Origin: Vicinamibacteria bacterium | Lineage (GTDB): Bacteria > Acidobacteriota > Vicinamibacteria > Vicinamibacterales > JAMQPK01 | Reading direction: 5' to 3' | Assembly (NCBI GenBank): GCA_031371345.1 | Contig: JANMJM010000285.1 | Location: 1-57,952 of the forward strand | Length of the DNA: 57,952 nucleotides | Shown: positions 8,939 through 18,807 of the stretch, in pieces | Position numbering within the stretch: the stretch's first letter is position 1 | How the letters are laid out: each line of letters begins with the position of its first letter | The notes under the pieces: generated by a model | Database searches by the model: none | The model's input: the letters and a program-made list of their open reading frames with translations, nothing else | Told to the model about the DNA's origin: nothing | Position numbers and translations under genes: made by a program

Positions 8939-9358
8939 TTACATTTTTGCGCGCCTGGCGTTTCGCGGCGCGCAGCACTCGAGATTCGATCGCACGGTGC
9001 AAGGCGTGCAGCAGCCCGTTTGCGCTTCGAGCCGTTGACGATCCTTCGCGACGGACTCGCAATGGGAGAGACAGTGTGTCACGGCGCTCATCAGCACGCG
9101 CGTCACCGCATCATCCAGCGGCGCGAGCTGATAATGCACCCACAATCCGTTTTTTCGCGTGATCACCATGCGTTTCTTACGCAAGTACGCCAGGTGACGC
9201 GATGCCGTCGGCTGAGGAATGCCCAAGGCTTCGTGGATATTGCAGACGCAGATCTCACCGCCCGCCAGGAGTCCAAGGATCCGAAGCCTTGTGGGATCAG
9301 CAAAGGCCCTGAAGGCCTCCTCTAAGGTGGTCAACCGGCCGTCTTTCGTGGGGGTCAT
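8939..9358 (-). CDS. arsR: ArsR/SmtB metalloregulator with Cys-rich C-terminal tail
   Basis: F.AFADPTRLRIL.LL..GEICVC, Q.TASRHLAYLR, G.WVHY; tail HC..HC...CCTPC....ECC. True gene is the 3' part of the 425-aa ORF; divergent from arsM. Confidence 0.9.
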   Translation of the reverse strand: MTPTKDGRLTTLEEAFRAFADPTRLRILGLLAGGEICVCNIHEALGIPQPTASRHLAYLRKKRMVITRKNGLWVHYQLAPLDDAVTRVLMSAVTHCLSHCESVAKDRQRLEAQTGCCTPCTVRSNLECCAPRNARRAKM

Positions 9359-9367
9359 ATCTCGCTG

Positions 9368-9423
9368 TTGACAATATACGCTTATGCGCATATTGTTTCC
9401 ACTATATTCGCATGAGCGAATAT
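9368..9423 (+). promoter_or_regulatory. Sigma70 promoter of arsM with two ArsR-type operators
   Basis: TTGACA (9368-9373), 17 bp, TATTGT (9391-9396). Palindromes ACAATATACGC-TTAT-GCGCATATTGT (9371-9396) and perfect ATATTCGC-ATGA-GCGAATAT (9404-9423). Confidence 0.8.
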
Positions 9424-9439
9424 TAACGGGAGGTGCGTC

Positions 9440-10207
9440 ATGGAAGCCGGAGATGTTCGGGAAGCCGTCCAAAAGAAGTACGGTGAGTTGGCCAACGCGG
9501 TGAAAACTGGCGGAGGGTCCTGTTGCGGTCCGTCGTGCTGCTCGACGGCAGACCCCATCAGTGGAAACCTCTATAAGAAGGAGCACACGGACGGGTTGCC
9601 CCAGCAAGCCGTCGAGGCGTCGCTCGGCTGTGGAAACCCTACCGCTCTGATTGATCTCCGAGAAGGCCAAATCGTCCTGGATCTCGGTTCGGGCGGCGGC
9701 ATCGATGTGTTCCTGTCGGCGCGCCGAGTGGGTTCGTCGGGCAAGGTGTACGGCCTCGACATGACCGACGAGATGCTCGATCTCGCGCGCGAGAATCAGC
9801 GTCACGCTGGCGTGGACAACGTGGAATTTCTCAAAGGCGACATTCAGTCGATCCCGCTTCCAGACGCATCGGTGGACGTGGTGATTTCGAACTGCGTGAT
9901 CAATCTCGCGCCCGACAAAAGTCAGGTGTTGGCCGAAGCGTTCCGCGTCTTGAAGCCGGGCGGGCGATTTGCCGTGTCTGACGTGGTGGTTCGCGGCGCC
10001 GTGTCGCCCGAGGTTCGGCGCGACATGGAGCTGTGGGTCGGGTGTATTGCCGGCGCGCTGGAAGAAACCGACTACGCCCGGAAGCTGCGCGCCGTCGGAT
10101 TCGACGATGTCAGCGTCGAAACTTGGCGCGTGTATGAGGGGGTCGCTCCGGAAGCGGCGGGCAAATTTGCGAGCGCGTTTATCCGGGCCACCAAGCCTGC
10201 GAGATAA
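9440..10207 (+). CDS. arsM: Arsenite S-adenosylmethionine methyltransferase
   Basis: [49 protein letters not shown]; N-terminal CC pairs; GGGAGGT RBS. Confidence 0.95.
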   Translation: MEAGDVREAVQKKYGELANAVKTGGGSCCGPSCCSTADPISGNLYKKEHTDGLPQQAVEASLGCGNPTALIDLREGQIVLDLGSGGGIDVFLSARRVGSSGKVYGLDMTDEMLDLARENQRHAGVDNVEFLKGDIQSIPLPDASVDVVISNCVINLAPDKSQVLAEAFRVLKPGGRFAVSDVVVRGAVSPEVRRDMELWVGCIAGALEETDYARKLRAVGFDDVSVETWRVYEGVAPEAAGKFASAFIRATKPAR

Positions 10208-10218
10208 TTTGCACACTG

Positions 10219-10615
10219 ATGATCACGGTACTCTTCGCCTGCGTCGCCAACGCCGGCCGGTCGCAGATGGCGGCCGCCTTCTTCAATCAGATCGCTGATC
10301 CGACGAAGGCGCACGCCATCTCGGCCGGAACGCGGCCGGGCACGGCCGTTCATCCCGAAGTGGTCGCAGCGATGCGCGAGGCCGGGATCGAATCTCTCGG
10401 GCGTGCAGCCTCGGCTTCTGACACCCGAGCTCGCGTCCTCCGCGCAACTCCTCATCACCATGGGGTGCGGCGACGAATGTCCGTACGTCCCAGGCGTGAC
10501 GCGCGACGACTGGCCGCTCGACGATCCCGCCGGTCAGCCTATCCAACGCGTGCGCCAGATTCGCGACGAGATTGAGGCGCGCGTGAGAACGCTGGCGAAT
10601 CGTCCTCGTTTGTGA
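10219..10615 (+). pseudogene. arsC: Thioredoxin-dependent arsenate reductase (LMW-PTP fold), split by a +1 frameshift
   Basis: VLFACVANAGRSQMA (CX5R) in one frame; LLITMGCGDECPYVPG..DDWPLDDP...VRQIRDEI in another. Removing one A at ~10391 (GAATCTC to GATCTC) restores GIDLSGVQPR. May be a sequencing error. Confidence 0.85.
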
Positions 10616-10714
10616 ACAACGCAGCGAAAACCCTGCGAAAAACGACATAACCGATGCGGCAGGTTTTGTGCAGTCTCTCCGTCGCCAGCTCCTTGCCTCT
10701 GAATAGAGGATGTC

Positions 10715-11368
10715 ATGCGAACTTTAAAAATGGTCATGCTGATCGCGGCAGCTGCCGTCTTGGGCGGCCCGAGTGTAGCGGCGGCGCAGGACCGTGGTTC
10801 GGTCAGTTTCGTCACCGGCGTGTCGATGATCAATGGATCACCGCTCGCCAATGCCGTGTCTTCTCTGTCTTCGGGTATGAACGATCGCATTAATCTTGGC
10901 GGTCGCGTCGCGCTCACGCTGGCGCCTGGATTCCAAGCCGTCGGAGAGGTCGGACGCCTCGGGAATGTGCTTCCGCCGCTCGAGGCCGCGATTTTCTCCT
11001 TCAGTCCCGTCGGTCTGCGCGCATCGGCCCTCTACGCCGAAGGCGGCGTGCGCGCATTCCTGGGCACGCACTCCGCGGTGAATCCGTATGTCGAAGCCAC
11101 CGGCGGGCTCTCGCGTCTGACGGTCCGCGTGGCTGGCGTCAACGCCACTACCAGCGATCTGGTTCAACTTGGCTTGGGGTTCGTGGATCGGACGTCGCCG
11201 TTGGCAGGGCTTGGTGGCGGCGTGATGTTCCACGCCGGCCCGCTCATGGTGGATGCGGGATATCGCTACAAGAAGATTTTCGCCGGCAATTTCATGAGCG
11301 CGCTGCTGTCGGGCGGGAGCGAATTAACGTCACACCAGGCGGTGGTCGGCGTCGGCGTCAGATTTTGA
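10715..11368 (+). CDS. Outer-membrane beta-barrel protein (OmpA-like/8-stranded)
   Basis: Signal peptide (AAAQ), alternating beta strands, PYV..GG, DAGYRY, terminal GVGVRF Bam signal. Confidence 0.75.
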   Translation: MRTLKMVMLIAAAAVLGGPSVAAAQDRGSVSFVTGVSMINGSPLANAVSSLSSGMNDRINLGGRVALTLAPGFQAVGEVGRLGNVLPPLEAAIFSFSPVGLRASALYAEGGVRAFLGTHSAVNPYVEATGGLSRLTVRVAGVNATTSDLVQLGLGFVDRTSPLAGLGGGVMFHAGPLMVDAGYRYKKIFAGNFMSALLSGGSELTSHQAVVGVGVRF

Positions 11369-11398
11369 GAGATGTGGGACAATACCCTTCTCTCCGGT

Positions 11399-11476
<78 letters not shown>

Positions 11477-11629
11477 TTTTCACAAATCGAGACAGAGCGC
11501 GTGCCGTTTGAGGGTCTGATGGTGACGGTCGTGACGCCGGGCATGCTGGCACATCGCGGAGCTTCTCCGGCAACGACACGGCGACGCATGAGCGACTTCG
11601 AAGTCCCAGAAACCCCACGTTGGGTTCTG

Positions 11630-12817
11630 TCAGAATTGACTAGCTGCTCGGAACTCCTTTGCGCGCGATAAGAAGACCACGAACATGAGCGCGGCCACCC
11701 CGCACGTCACGAACCCGACGCGCACGCCGAAGAACTGGGTTAGCGCACCGACGAAGAGGGGGCCAATCATGTCGCCGAATTCCTTGAACGACTGAGCCGC
11801 TCCAATACTCGCGCCCAATTTCGCCGCGGTCGCTGAGGCGCTGACCAATGCGTCACTGTTCGTCCAAACCGTGCCGATGCCGATGCCGGCACAGATGACA
11901 ATGGCGATTAACAGCCAACCCGACGCGAACGTCGCCGCAATAATACTCAGCGCCGCCACCAGCAAACCGACGATGACGGTCATCCGAGTGTCGACCCGAT
12001 CCGCAAGTGCGCCTGCGACGGGTTGAATCAACAGGTATGCCGCCGTTGCCGTGCTCAAGACGGCTCCGGATTTTGAGGCTGAGTAGCCGAGGCCGTGCAG
12101 GTACACAGGAAGGAAACCGAACAATATTCCGACCAGAAACATGTTAATCACGATGACGGCATAAATAGGGAGCAATTGCCGATCGCTGAACACCTGAAGG
12201 GCCTCTCGGAACGACGCATCTTCGTCATCATCCTGCAAAGTCCCCTCGGGATCGCTTGGCAGGAACAGACTCAGAATGAGCGCGAACAAGGCCACGCCGG
12301 CAGACACCATAAAGATCATCGCAAAACCGTACTGGTGAGCCAGAAATCCCCCTGTCGCCGGCGCCACGACATATCCTGCTCCTTTTATGGCGTTGTATGT
12401 CCCGAACGCGCGGCCGCGGGCCGTTTCGAAGTATCGAGCCACGAGGCTAATCGACACAGTCGACAAGGCCGCAGCCCCGAGTCCTTGAACAAAACGCACG
12501 AGCAACAGCAGCCGCGGATTGATCACTAAAAACAGCAATGACCCCGCAATGAACACGACCAGTCCGAGCAACAGCATCTGCTTCATACCGCGACGATCCG
12601 CGATGAATCCCGCTGCAGGTTTGGCAAACAACTCCGCAAAGTCGTACACCGCGATCAACAGTCCAATCGTGAACGCACCGGCGCCGACCGTCTCCGCATA
12701 CGACGGTAGGTTGGTGGCGACAATGTGAGCCCCGAAGGACGTGACGAATCCCGATAACGCCAGGACCACGAGACACCAAGAGCGGGACGACACTGTTCGA
12801 CGCCTATCGATCGTCAT
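11630..12817 (-). CDS. MFS transporter
   Basis: About 12 hydrophobic segments; MFS motif [11 protein letters not shown] and [10 protein letters not shown]; RFVQGLG; ATGA overlap with upstream gene. Confidence 0.9.
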   Translation of the reverse strand: MTIDRRRTVSSRSWCLVVLALSGFVTSFGAHIVATNLPSYAETVGAGAFTIGLLIAVYDFAELFAKPAAGFIADRRGMKQMLLLGLVVFIAGSLLFLVINPRLLLLVRFVQGLGAAALSTVSISLVARYFETARGRAFGTYNAIKGAGYVVAPATGGFLAHQYGFAMIFMVSAGVALFALILSLFLPSDPEGTLQDDDEDASFREALQVFSDRQLLPIYAVIVINMFLVGILFGFLPVYLHGLGYSASKSGAVLSTATAAYLLIQPVAGALADRVDTRMTVIVGLLVAALSIIAATFASGWLLIAIVICAGIGIGTVWTNSDALVSASATAAKLGASIGAAQSFKEFGDMIGPLFVGALTQFFGVRVGFVTCGVAALMFVVFLSRAKEFRAASQF

Positions 12818-14232
12818 AGGAAGAGTCGTCTGAATCCGATCACGATGGCGGTCGCACTCAAAAGCGCGCCGCCAGCACAGAACCCAATCACTACGGCGTC
12901 CCAGAACGGACGTTTGTCATACAAAAATGGAATATCCAGGCTGTGCAGCCCGTGATACAGCCAACGTTCCATGCGCGCCCTTGCTGAGAATGCGGCGACC
13001 ATTCGGCTGCGTTGCAGGTCGATGTAAACCCAGGTGCGATCCGGGTCGGCAAATCTAACGCGAAGAACCGGCAATGGCAGCACCCCATCGCGATCGCGGT
13101 AATAGGCATCGTAGGTAGAAAGCAAAGAGGTGTCGGTGATGGCGGGAAGCCGGGACACGGTGATGCGCCGCACGACTGATTCGACAGAGACGGGACCGAC
13201 CGACGCATGTCGTTGAGTTGATGCGATGACACCCGACCGATCTGCGCCTCGCGCGACGTATACAGGTGTGCCCTGAATCCGCGAGAACTCGAGTTCGCGC
13301 ACCCACTGCCGGCTGAAGATGGAAGCGCCGGCGTCGAGCGGCGAGAACTGTGACAGATCGATAGGCGCGCCAGACAGCGCTTCTGCAACGGCCGGCGCCA
13401 GGGCGTCGGTCGCCGCCCAGTGACCAGGCTGCATCGAGAGAAAGCCACTGAAGATCCATGTCAGCGTGATCGCGCCGAAAACAACTCCCAACCAGTAGTG
13501 CCACCGCATCCACCCGACGTATCGAGCGCGATTTTGCAGAATCGCGAGCACCAAGCCGAGGAGCACCGCAAGACAACTGGCGCCCGATAGCCATAGCACT
13601 GTGGACGTCCACAGCCCATCGTGACGACGAAGCACCGCGAAATACAACCAGTGGGGAATCGCAGAGATCCAGGCGAGCCGCCGCGCAGCGCGCGTGGTTG
13701 TGATGACGACCTCGCCTGCGGGCTCGGACACGTAAATCACGGTTCCGAGATCATCGGCGCCAACGAGCTTGTGCAACGGCAACGCTTTCCGCTGTCCCAA
13801 CGTCCATTGGTCCGGTTGGGTCAGCACCCCCGCATACGACAGCGCCGTCAACGGTAATTGAGTGAACTGGCTCCCAATTGCGATGGCCTCGTCCCTACTC
13901 AGGTGTTCGAGCCGTTCGCCAGTGTCAGCGAAGATAGTGACGGGCGGCGCAGGACCGAACTGATATGCAGGGCGGCCCATTATCGTCAGCAGTTTCACTT
14001 CATCGGGCTGTTGTACGCCGGCACGAACGGCGGCGTCCGGTGCGGAAATATGGATCAGCGCCGGGTTGAGGGGGGGCATGTGCTCCAGCCGCGTCATCCG
14101 CTGGAGTTGGGGCATCCCGCGCGCGTAGATCATTGCAATGCCGGAGAGAAACCACGAAAGGACGAGGACGCAAAGCACGATGCCGAGATAGCGGTGGGTC
14201 AGAACGACCCACCGCCGTGCGGTCGCAATCAT
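12814..14232 (-). CDS. PepSY-associated TM domain protein (siderophore-iron release type)
   Basis: HRYLG...WFLSG..M.Y, DQWT, IPHWLYF..LR, RWHYWLG..FG..TLTW.FSG, RWLYHGLHSLD; conserved His residues. Confidence 0.85.
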   Translation of the reverse strand: MIATARRWVVLTHRYLGIVLCVLVLSWFLSGIAMIYARGMPQLQRMTRLEHMPPLNPALIHISAPDAAVRAGVQQPDEVKLLTIMGRPAYQFGPAPPVTIFADTGERLEHLSRDEAIAIGSQFTQLPLTALSYAGVLTQPDQWTLGQRKALPLHKLVGADDLGTVIYVSEPAGEVVITTTRAARRLAWISAIPHWLYFAVLRRHDGLWTSTVLWLSGASCLAVLLGLVLAILQNRARYVGWMRWHYWLGVVFGAITLTWIFSGFLSMQPGHWAATDALAPAVAEALSGAPIDLSQFSPLDAGASIFSRQWVRELEFSRIQGTPVYVARGADRSGVIASTQRHASVGPVSVESVVRRITVSRLPAITDTSLLSTYDAYYRDRDGVLPLPVLRVRFADPDRTWVYIDLQRSRMVAAFSARARMERWLYHGLHSLDIPFLYDKRPFWDAVVIGFCAGGALLSATAIVIGFRRLFL

Positions 14233-16640
14233 TGAAACCGGATGGAGGCGCTCAGAACGACCTGCCGAGGCCGGCCGGGATCGGCCGTTTCCCCGTCGCT
14301 GTTCCAGTAGTACTGCTTGTTGAAAAGATTGTGCGCGGAAAGCGTGATGCGCACCCGCTCACGCTGCCACGACGCGGCGGTATCGACCAGCGAATACGCG
14401 TCGATGAGAAACGAGTTCTCGCGGTTTGCCTGGACCGCGTCGAGGTGCTTGACATCAAGGGTCAGCGCGATCGACGCGGTCGGGTTGAACGACGCGCCCC
14501 AGTTGACGACGTGGTCTGGTGAAATCGGCAGCCGGTTCCCTTTCAACGACTCATCGCCGTCCTCGGACTGGATGACGAATTCACCAAATCGATGGCGATA
14601 AAAGGAAGCATTCATGTAAAGCGAGGCGGCTCGCGAAAGCGATACGGTGACACCTGTCTCGACACCTTTATAGCGAATCTTGCCGGCGTTGGTCGGGAGA
14701 AAAAACGGACCCTGACGCGTCGATAGCACGACTCCGTCTTCACGCATCCGGAACACAGCGGCCTCGAGTGACACCCGGCCGCCGGCGACGCCCGCTTTGA
14801 TGCCCGCCTCGTAGTTCTCGATATCTTCCGGCTGAAGATTGAGCGGCACATCGGCTGGGACGAGCGAGCTAGGCCGGCGCGGCGGCAGGAACGACTGCGA
14901 GTACGCACCATAGAGATTCAACGTCGCACGTTGAGCGCTCGCAGGACGGAGAAGTTTGACGACCGCGCTGACCTTTGGGCTGAACGCGCTGAACGTCTGG
15001 TCCAGCCGGGCGCCCTCATCGCGTGTGTTGTCGAGCGCGAGCCGATCGTAACGGCCTCCCGCCGTCACACTAAGGCGGGTGGTCGGATCGATTCGATACT
15101 GCGCGAAGAGTCCAGTGACGTTCAGGTGATACAGACGGCTACCCGTGTCATGTTGCCATTCGCTGCGGGGCGGGATTACGGGATTCAGATAATTGATGGT
15201 GAAGCCGAACAGGTCCGGGTCGTTGTAGATGAAATCACTCGCTAACGTTCCGGCATTCCGCTCGTACGAGCCGCCGACGGTCAGGGCGTGATTTCGCGCG
15301 GCCCCGGCTTGGCTTGTCAACTCGAGCCTGAGTTCCTGATAGAAAATGTGCTCGTTCATCGTCTGAGAGAACGGGTACATCGATACCGTGTGCGCCGCCA
15401 GGTCAAAGGGCCCGGCAATAAAGTCGCCATCTTCGACGAACTCGTGGTGGACATCGCGATAGCCGAGCACTTCGACGGCCGACGCCCACGTCGCCAACTG
15501 GCGGGTCAGGTTCACAGCAAAGCGCGTTTCACGCTGCCTATAGTTGGGCCCAGGGATGTTGAAATTTGTCCGCCGGTCGAAACGTGGGTCGACGAGGTGG
15601 AGTAGTTCGCCATCGACGATAGGCTCGTTGGTGGGCGTGAAGTTCTTCGAGTCGACGTGATTCAGACTGACGCTACCGAAGGTCGCACGATTGGGTGCAA
15701 AGGTGAGCTTCCCCAACATTGACTTCGTCGAATCCGAGAATTCGGAGGTCGTCCGATTCACGAAATACCCGCCATTGCGCTCCGCCCCTGCGGAAAGGTA
15801 ATAGCCACCCCAGCTCTTCAGCGGACCCGACACTCGGCCGACGCCTTTCGCCAATCCGAACTCCCCCGCCGTGACGTCGAGTCCCACCTCGCGGCGCGGA
15901 GTCGGATCTGCGGTACGGATGTTCACGGTCCCGCCAATAGCCGTGCGACCGTAAAGGGCGGAATTTGGCCCGCGGACGATCTCGATGCTGCTGGCATCGT
16001 AGATTGGCATCGCGACGATCCGCGCACCATTATTAGAGAGCGTCTGCGGCACGCCATCGATCAACAGCAGAGTATTCGTGAATTCCGGATCCCCACGAGG
16101 CATGCCGCGCAACATGACCGACTCGAATATGCCCAATTGCGTGCTGACGACCGCGCCTGGAATGTGCGCGATTGCCTGCGTCAGCGTTTGATCGCCACGG
16201 CTCTCGATCAGATTGCGCTCGACGACATCCGTTTGTGCGGCAACGTCACCGAGTTTGAGAGATTCTTTTGTCGCCGTCACCTGAACGTGCTCGAGAATAT
16301 TCAGTGTGGGTTCGAGCTCGACAGTCAGTTCGACCGTGGACGCCGGCCGAACCTGCGCGGCGGACGTGCGAAGCACCAGGAACCCGGCGGCCTGAACCAC
16401 GATCTCGACGGGGCCAGCGGGGATATTTTCGAGACGGAATCGACCCGAAGCACCCGTGACGGTCTCTTCAGAATTTCCAGCGATCGAGATCCGTGCGTTC
16501 GCAACGGGCTGGCGGCTCACGCGCGATTGGACAGAGCCGGCGATGGCGCCGGTCTGTTGAGCTTGAGCAATGCTGACTGCCGGATTAGCGAGAAGAATGA
16601 CGCTGCTGGCCACGACCCTGACCCATACGTTAACAGTCAC
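14229..16640 (-). CDS. TonB-dependent receptor with N-terminal carboxypeptidase-regulatory-like domain
   Basis: Signal peptide, VQVTAT TonB-box region, plug LLLIDGVP and IEIVRGPNSALYG..AIGG.VNI, C-terminal NLFNKQYY...GRPR....IRFQ. Likely start GTG 16640 after GGAGG (ORF extends to 16664). Confidence 0.92.
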   Translation of the reverse strand: MTVNVWVRVVASSVILLANPAVSIAQAQQTGAIAGSVQSRVSRQPVANARISIAGNSEETVTGASGRFRLENIPAGPVEIVVQAAGFLVLRTSAAQVRPASTVELTVELEPTLNILEHVQVTATKESLKLGDVAAQTDVVERNLIESRGDQTLTQAIAHIPGAVVSTQLGIFESVMLRGMPRGDPEFTNTLLLIDGVPQTLSNNGARIVAMPIYDASSIEIVRGPNSALYGRTAIGGTVNIRTADPTPRREVGLDVTAGEFGLAKGVGRVSGPLKSWGGYYLSAGAERNGGYFVNRTTSEFSDSTKSMLGKLTFAPNRATFGSVSLNHVDSKNFTPTNEPIVDGELLHLVDPRFDRRTNFNIPGPNYRQRETRFAVNLTRQLATWASAVEVLGYRDVHHEFVEDGDFIAGPFDLAAHTVSMYPFSQTMNEHIFYQELRLELTSQAGAARNHALTVGGSYERNAGTLASDFIYNDPDLFGFTINYLNPVIPPRSEWQHDTGSRLYHLNVTGLFAQYRIDPTTRLSVTAGGRYDRLALDNTRDEGARLDQTFSAFSPKVSAVVKLLRPASAQRATLNLYGAYSQSFLPPRRPSSLVPADVPLNLQPEDIENYEAGIKAGVAGGRVSLEAAVFRMREDGVVLSTRQGPFFLPTNAGKIRYKGVETGVTVSLSRAASLYMNASFYRHRFGEFVIQSEDGDESLKGNRLPISPDHVVNWGASFNPTASIALTLDVKHLDAVQANRENSFLIDAYSLVDTAASWQRERVRITLSAHNLFNKQYYWNSDGETADPGRPRQVVLSASIRFQ

Positions 16641-16764
16641 TCCGACCTCCATTAGACGAGTCACTTATAACAGAACCGGAGTGGTCACACTCGCGCTCTG
16701 ATGGAACCGGATGCGTTTCCCCTCCGTCTCTATACGCAGTCCTGGGTTAAATGGGGGTGGCAGA

Positions 16765-17874
16765 ATGCGCAATCGTTGTGCGACGCTCGTCGCGTTTGGT
16801 CTTGCTCTCGCCCTATCGAGCCCCGTCCGCACGCAGGAGCGGCCGCCGTCGAACGACGGTGATGAACTGCGGAAGCTCGGCTCGACGCTGGACTTCATTC
16901 GCACACGGAACGCCCTGGATTACGCCATTTCGACGCCAAATGGTATCGACGAGGCGCGATACCTGAAGGTTGGCGGCATCGAGCAGTGGGTCACCATCCG
17001 TGGAGAGGATCGCGCGAATCCGGTTGTGCTTGTGCTGCATGGCGGGCCGGGTGACGCGACCAATCCGTGGGGACACGCTGCTTTCCGATCATGGCTGAAG
17101 TTCTACACGATTGTGCAGTGGGATCAACGCGGAGCCGGGAGAACGCTCGGCCGGAATGGGCCAGCCTCCGCCGCAACGCTGACCATCGACCGGCTCGTCC
17201 AGGACGGCATCGAGCTGGCAGGCGGTCTTCGCACGTCGTTACGGAAAGACAAAATCATCCTACTTGGTCACTCGTGGGGCTCCGTACTCGGCGTCTTGAT
17301 GGCCAAGGCGCGACCGGATTTGTTCTCTGCGTTCGTCGGAACCGGTCAGGTTGGTGATCCAGCACGTGGGTACCATGTGGCGTTCGATGCGCTGCTCGCG
17401 AAGGCGCGTGCTTTGGGCGACGCGCGCGCCGTTCGCGAACTTCAAGAGATTGGGCCGCCGCCTTACAAGGGCGGGCGCGGCTATCAAGTGCAGCGTCGGT
17501 GGTCTAACTTGTTCGAAGGGGCCGACGCTTTCATCGCAGGCATGTTGGGTTTCGCGCTGAGCGCACCCGGGTACACGATCCGCGACGTGAACGACTGGAT
17601 CGATGGGCAGGGACTGAGTGCCGACCGGTTGGTGCCGCAATCGACTGCCCTCGCGGCGACCGCGCTCACGGGCCGATTCGCCGTGCCGGTCTTCGTCATC
17701 CAAGGCGCCGACGATTTCACCACGCCCACCAGCCTGGCTAAGGAATTCGTCGATGGAGTCGACGCGCCGCGCAAGGGATTTGCGACCATCAAGGGGGGGC
17801 ATTTCGCTGTGTTCATGAACTCGTCCGACTTTCTGAAGGAACTCGACACGGTGCTCGCCATCACGGCTCCGTAA
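16765..17874 (+). CDS. Exported alpha/beta hydrolase (proline iminopeptidase-like)
   Basis: LHGGPG oxyanion motif, WDQRGAGRT, GHSWG nucleophile elbow, QG.DD..TP, GGH. Start ATG 16765 gives a signal peptide. Confidence 0.88.
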   Translation: MRNRCATLVAFGLALALSSPVRTQERPPSNDGDELRKLGSTLDFIRTRNALDYAISTPNGIDEARYLKVGGIEQWVTIRGEDRANPVVLVLHGGPGDATNPWGHAAFRSWLKFYTIVQWDQRGAGRTLGRNGPASAATLTIDRLVQDGIELAGGLRTSLRKDKIILLGHSWGSVLGVLMAKARPDLFSAFVGTGQVGDPARGYHVAFDALLAKARALGDARAVRELQEIGPPPYKGGRGYQVQRRWSNLFEGADAFIAGMLGFALSAPGYTIRDVNDWIDGQGLSADRLVPQSTALAATALTGRFAVPVFVIQGADDFTTPTSLAKEFVDGVDAPRKGFATIKGGHFAVFMNSSDFLKELDTVLAITAP

Positions 17875-18053
17875 TCACGGCCGGAATGTGTGGCGCGCTT
17901 GACGAGCTGAAGTTGGACGATGACCTGGTCATGCCGGCGGAGGGCTGTGCCTCACGCCTGTTCCGTCGGGACCTAGGTGCTCGTGTCAGGGACGAAAGTC
18001 AGGGCAGGCTCAGCCTTCAAGACGACATTTACGCGATCTAAAGGGTTCTTCGG

Positions 18054-18069
18054 TGGTCAGTCGTTTGCA
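18054..18069 (+). promoter_or_regulatory. Putative sigma-54 -24/-12 promoter of the PEP-CTERM gene
   Basis: TGGTCAGTCGTTTGCA = GG-N10-GC with TTGCA, 24 bp upstream of the ORF start. Confidence 0.55.
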
Positions 18070-18092
18070 GACAGATCGCGCGAGATCCCTTT

Positions 18093-18803
18093 ATGATGAT
18101 GCCCCTCCGACGGCTCGTTCGGTCCGCTGCGCTTGCCACGGCCCTGACGATCGCGAGCGCCTCCATGGCCAGCGCCGACACGATTTCGTTCAGCGATATC
18201 GCGCGAGGCCGGTACAGCACGGCCTCGAACATTGGGACCGCTGCCAACAACTTCTACGGCACGGGTTATTTCAGCGGCGGCCCCACCAGCAACTCGTTCA
18301 CCGAGTGGCGAAGCTGGTTCGCGTTCGACCTCGCCGGAATCGGGGGCACCATTACGAGCGCGGCCCTGCAGCTCAACGCGGGTACCTACAGCAGCCCGGA
18401 TGCCTCGGAGACATACGAGCTGCACCAAGTGACGACCGCAGTCAGCGCCTTGGGCGGTGTGTCGAACAACGGACTTATCTTCACAGACTTGGGGGACGGC
18501 CCGGCCTATGGGACACACGTCTTCAACGCCAGCCAGAACTCCTCAACGCAATTGATCGCCCTCAATGCCGCGGCGATCACCGACATCCAGAGTGCGTTGG
18601 GGCAGCGCTTCGCGCTCGGCGGGCTCTTCACGACGCTTTCGCGCAACGAGGGCGTCACCGAAAACGCGATGTTCGGTACGCAGGCTAATGTCTCACTGAT
18701 TCTCACGCGCAACGACGTGCAAGCGGTGCCGGAACCCGCCACATTAGGGTTAGTCGCCACCGGCTTGATGGCTCTCGCGCGAAGACGACGCCGAGTCAGC
18801 TAG
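18093..18803 (+). CDS. PEP-CTERM sorting domain protein
   Basis: Signal peptide (ASAD), S/T/G/N-rich body, C-terminal VPEPATLGLVATGLMALARRRRR. Confidence 0.93.
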   Translation: MMMPLRRLVRSAALATALTIASASMASADTISFSDIARGRYSTASNIGTAANNFYGTGYFSGGPTSNSFTEWRSWFAFDLAGIGGTITSAALQLNAGTYSSPDASETYELHQVTTAVSALGGVSNNGLIFTDLGDGPAYGTHVFNASQNSSTQLIALNAAAITDIQSALGQRFALGGLFTTLSRNEGVTENAMFGTQANVSLILTRNDVQAVPEPATLGLVATGLMALARRRRRVS

Positions 18804-18807
18804 AGGA

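Noticed and set aside
9359-10216. 425-aa ORF as an extended ArsR fusion
   Set aside because: Its first ~285 codons are the antisense shadow of arsM and cross the promoter; only 8939-9358 looks like a protein.
10380-10400. Programmed ribosomal frameshift in arsC
   Set aside because: No slippery heptamer or homopolymer at the shift; a simple one-base insertion explains it.
17875-18050. Riboswitch upstream of the PEP-CTERM gene
   Set aside because: Some local complementarity but no recognisable aptamer consensus; lies upstream of the putative sigma-54 promoter.
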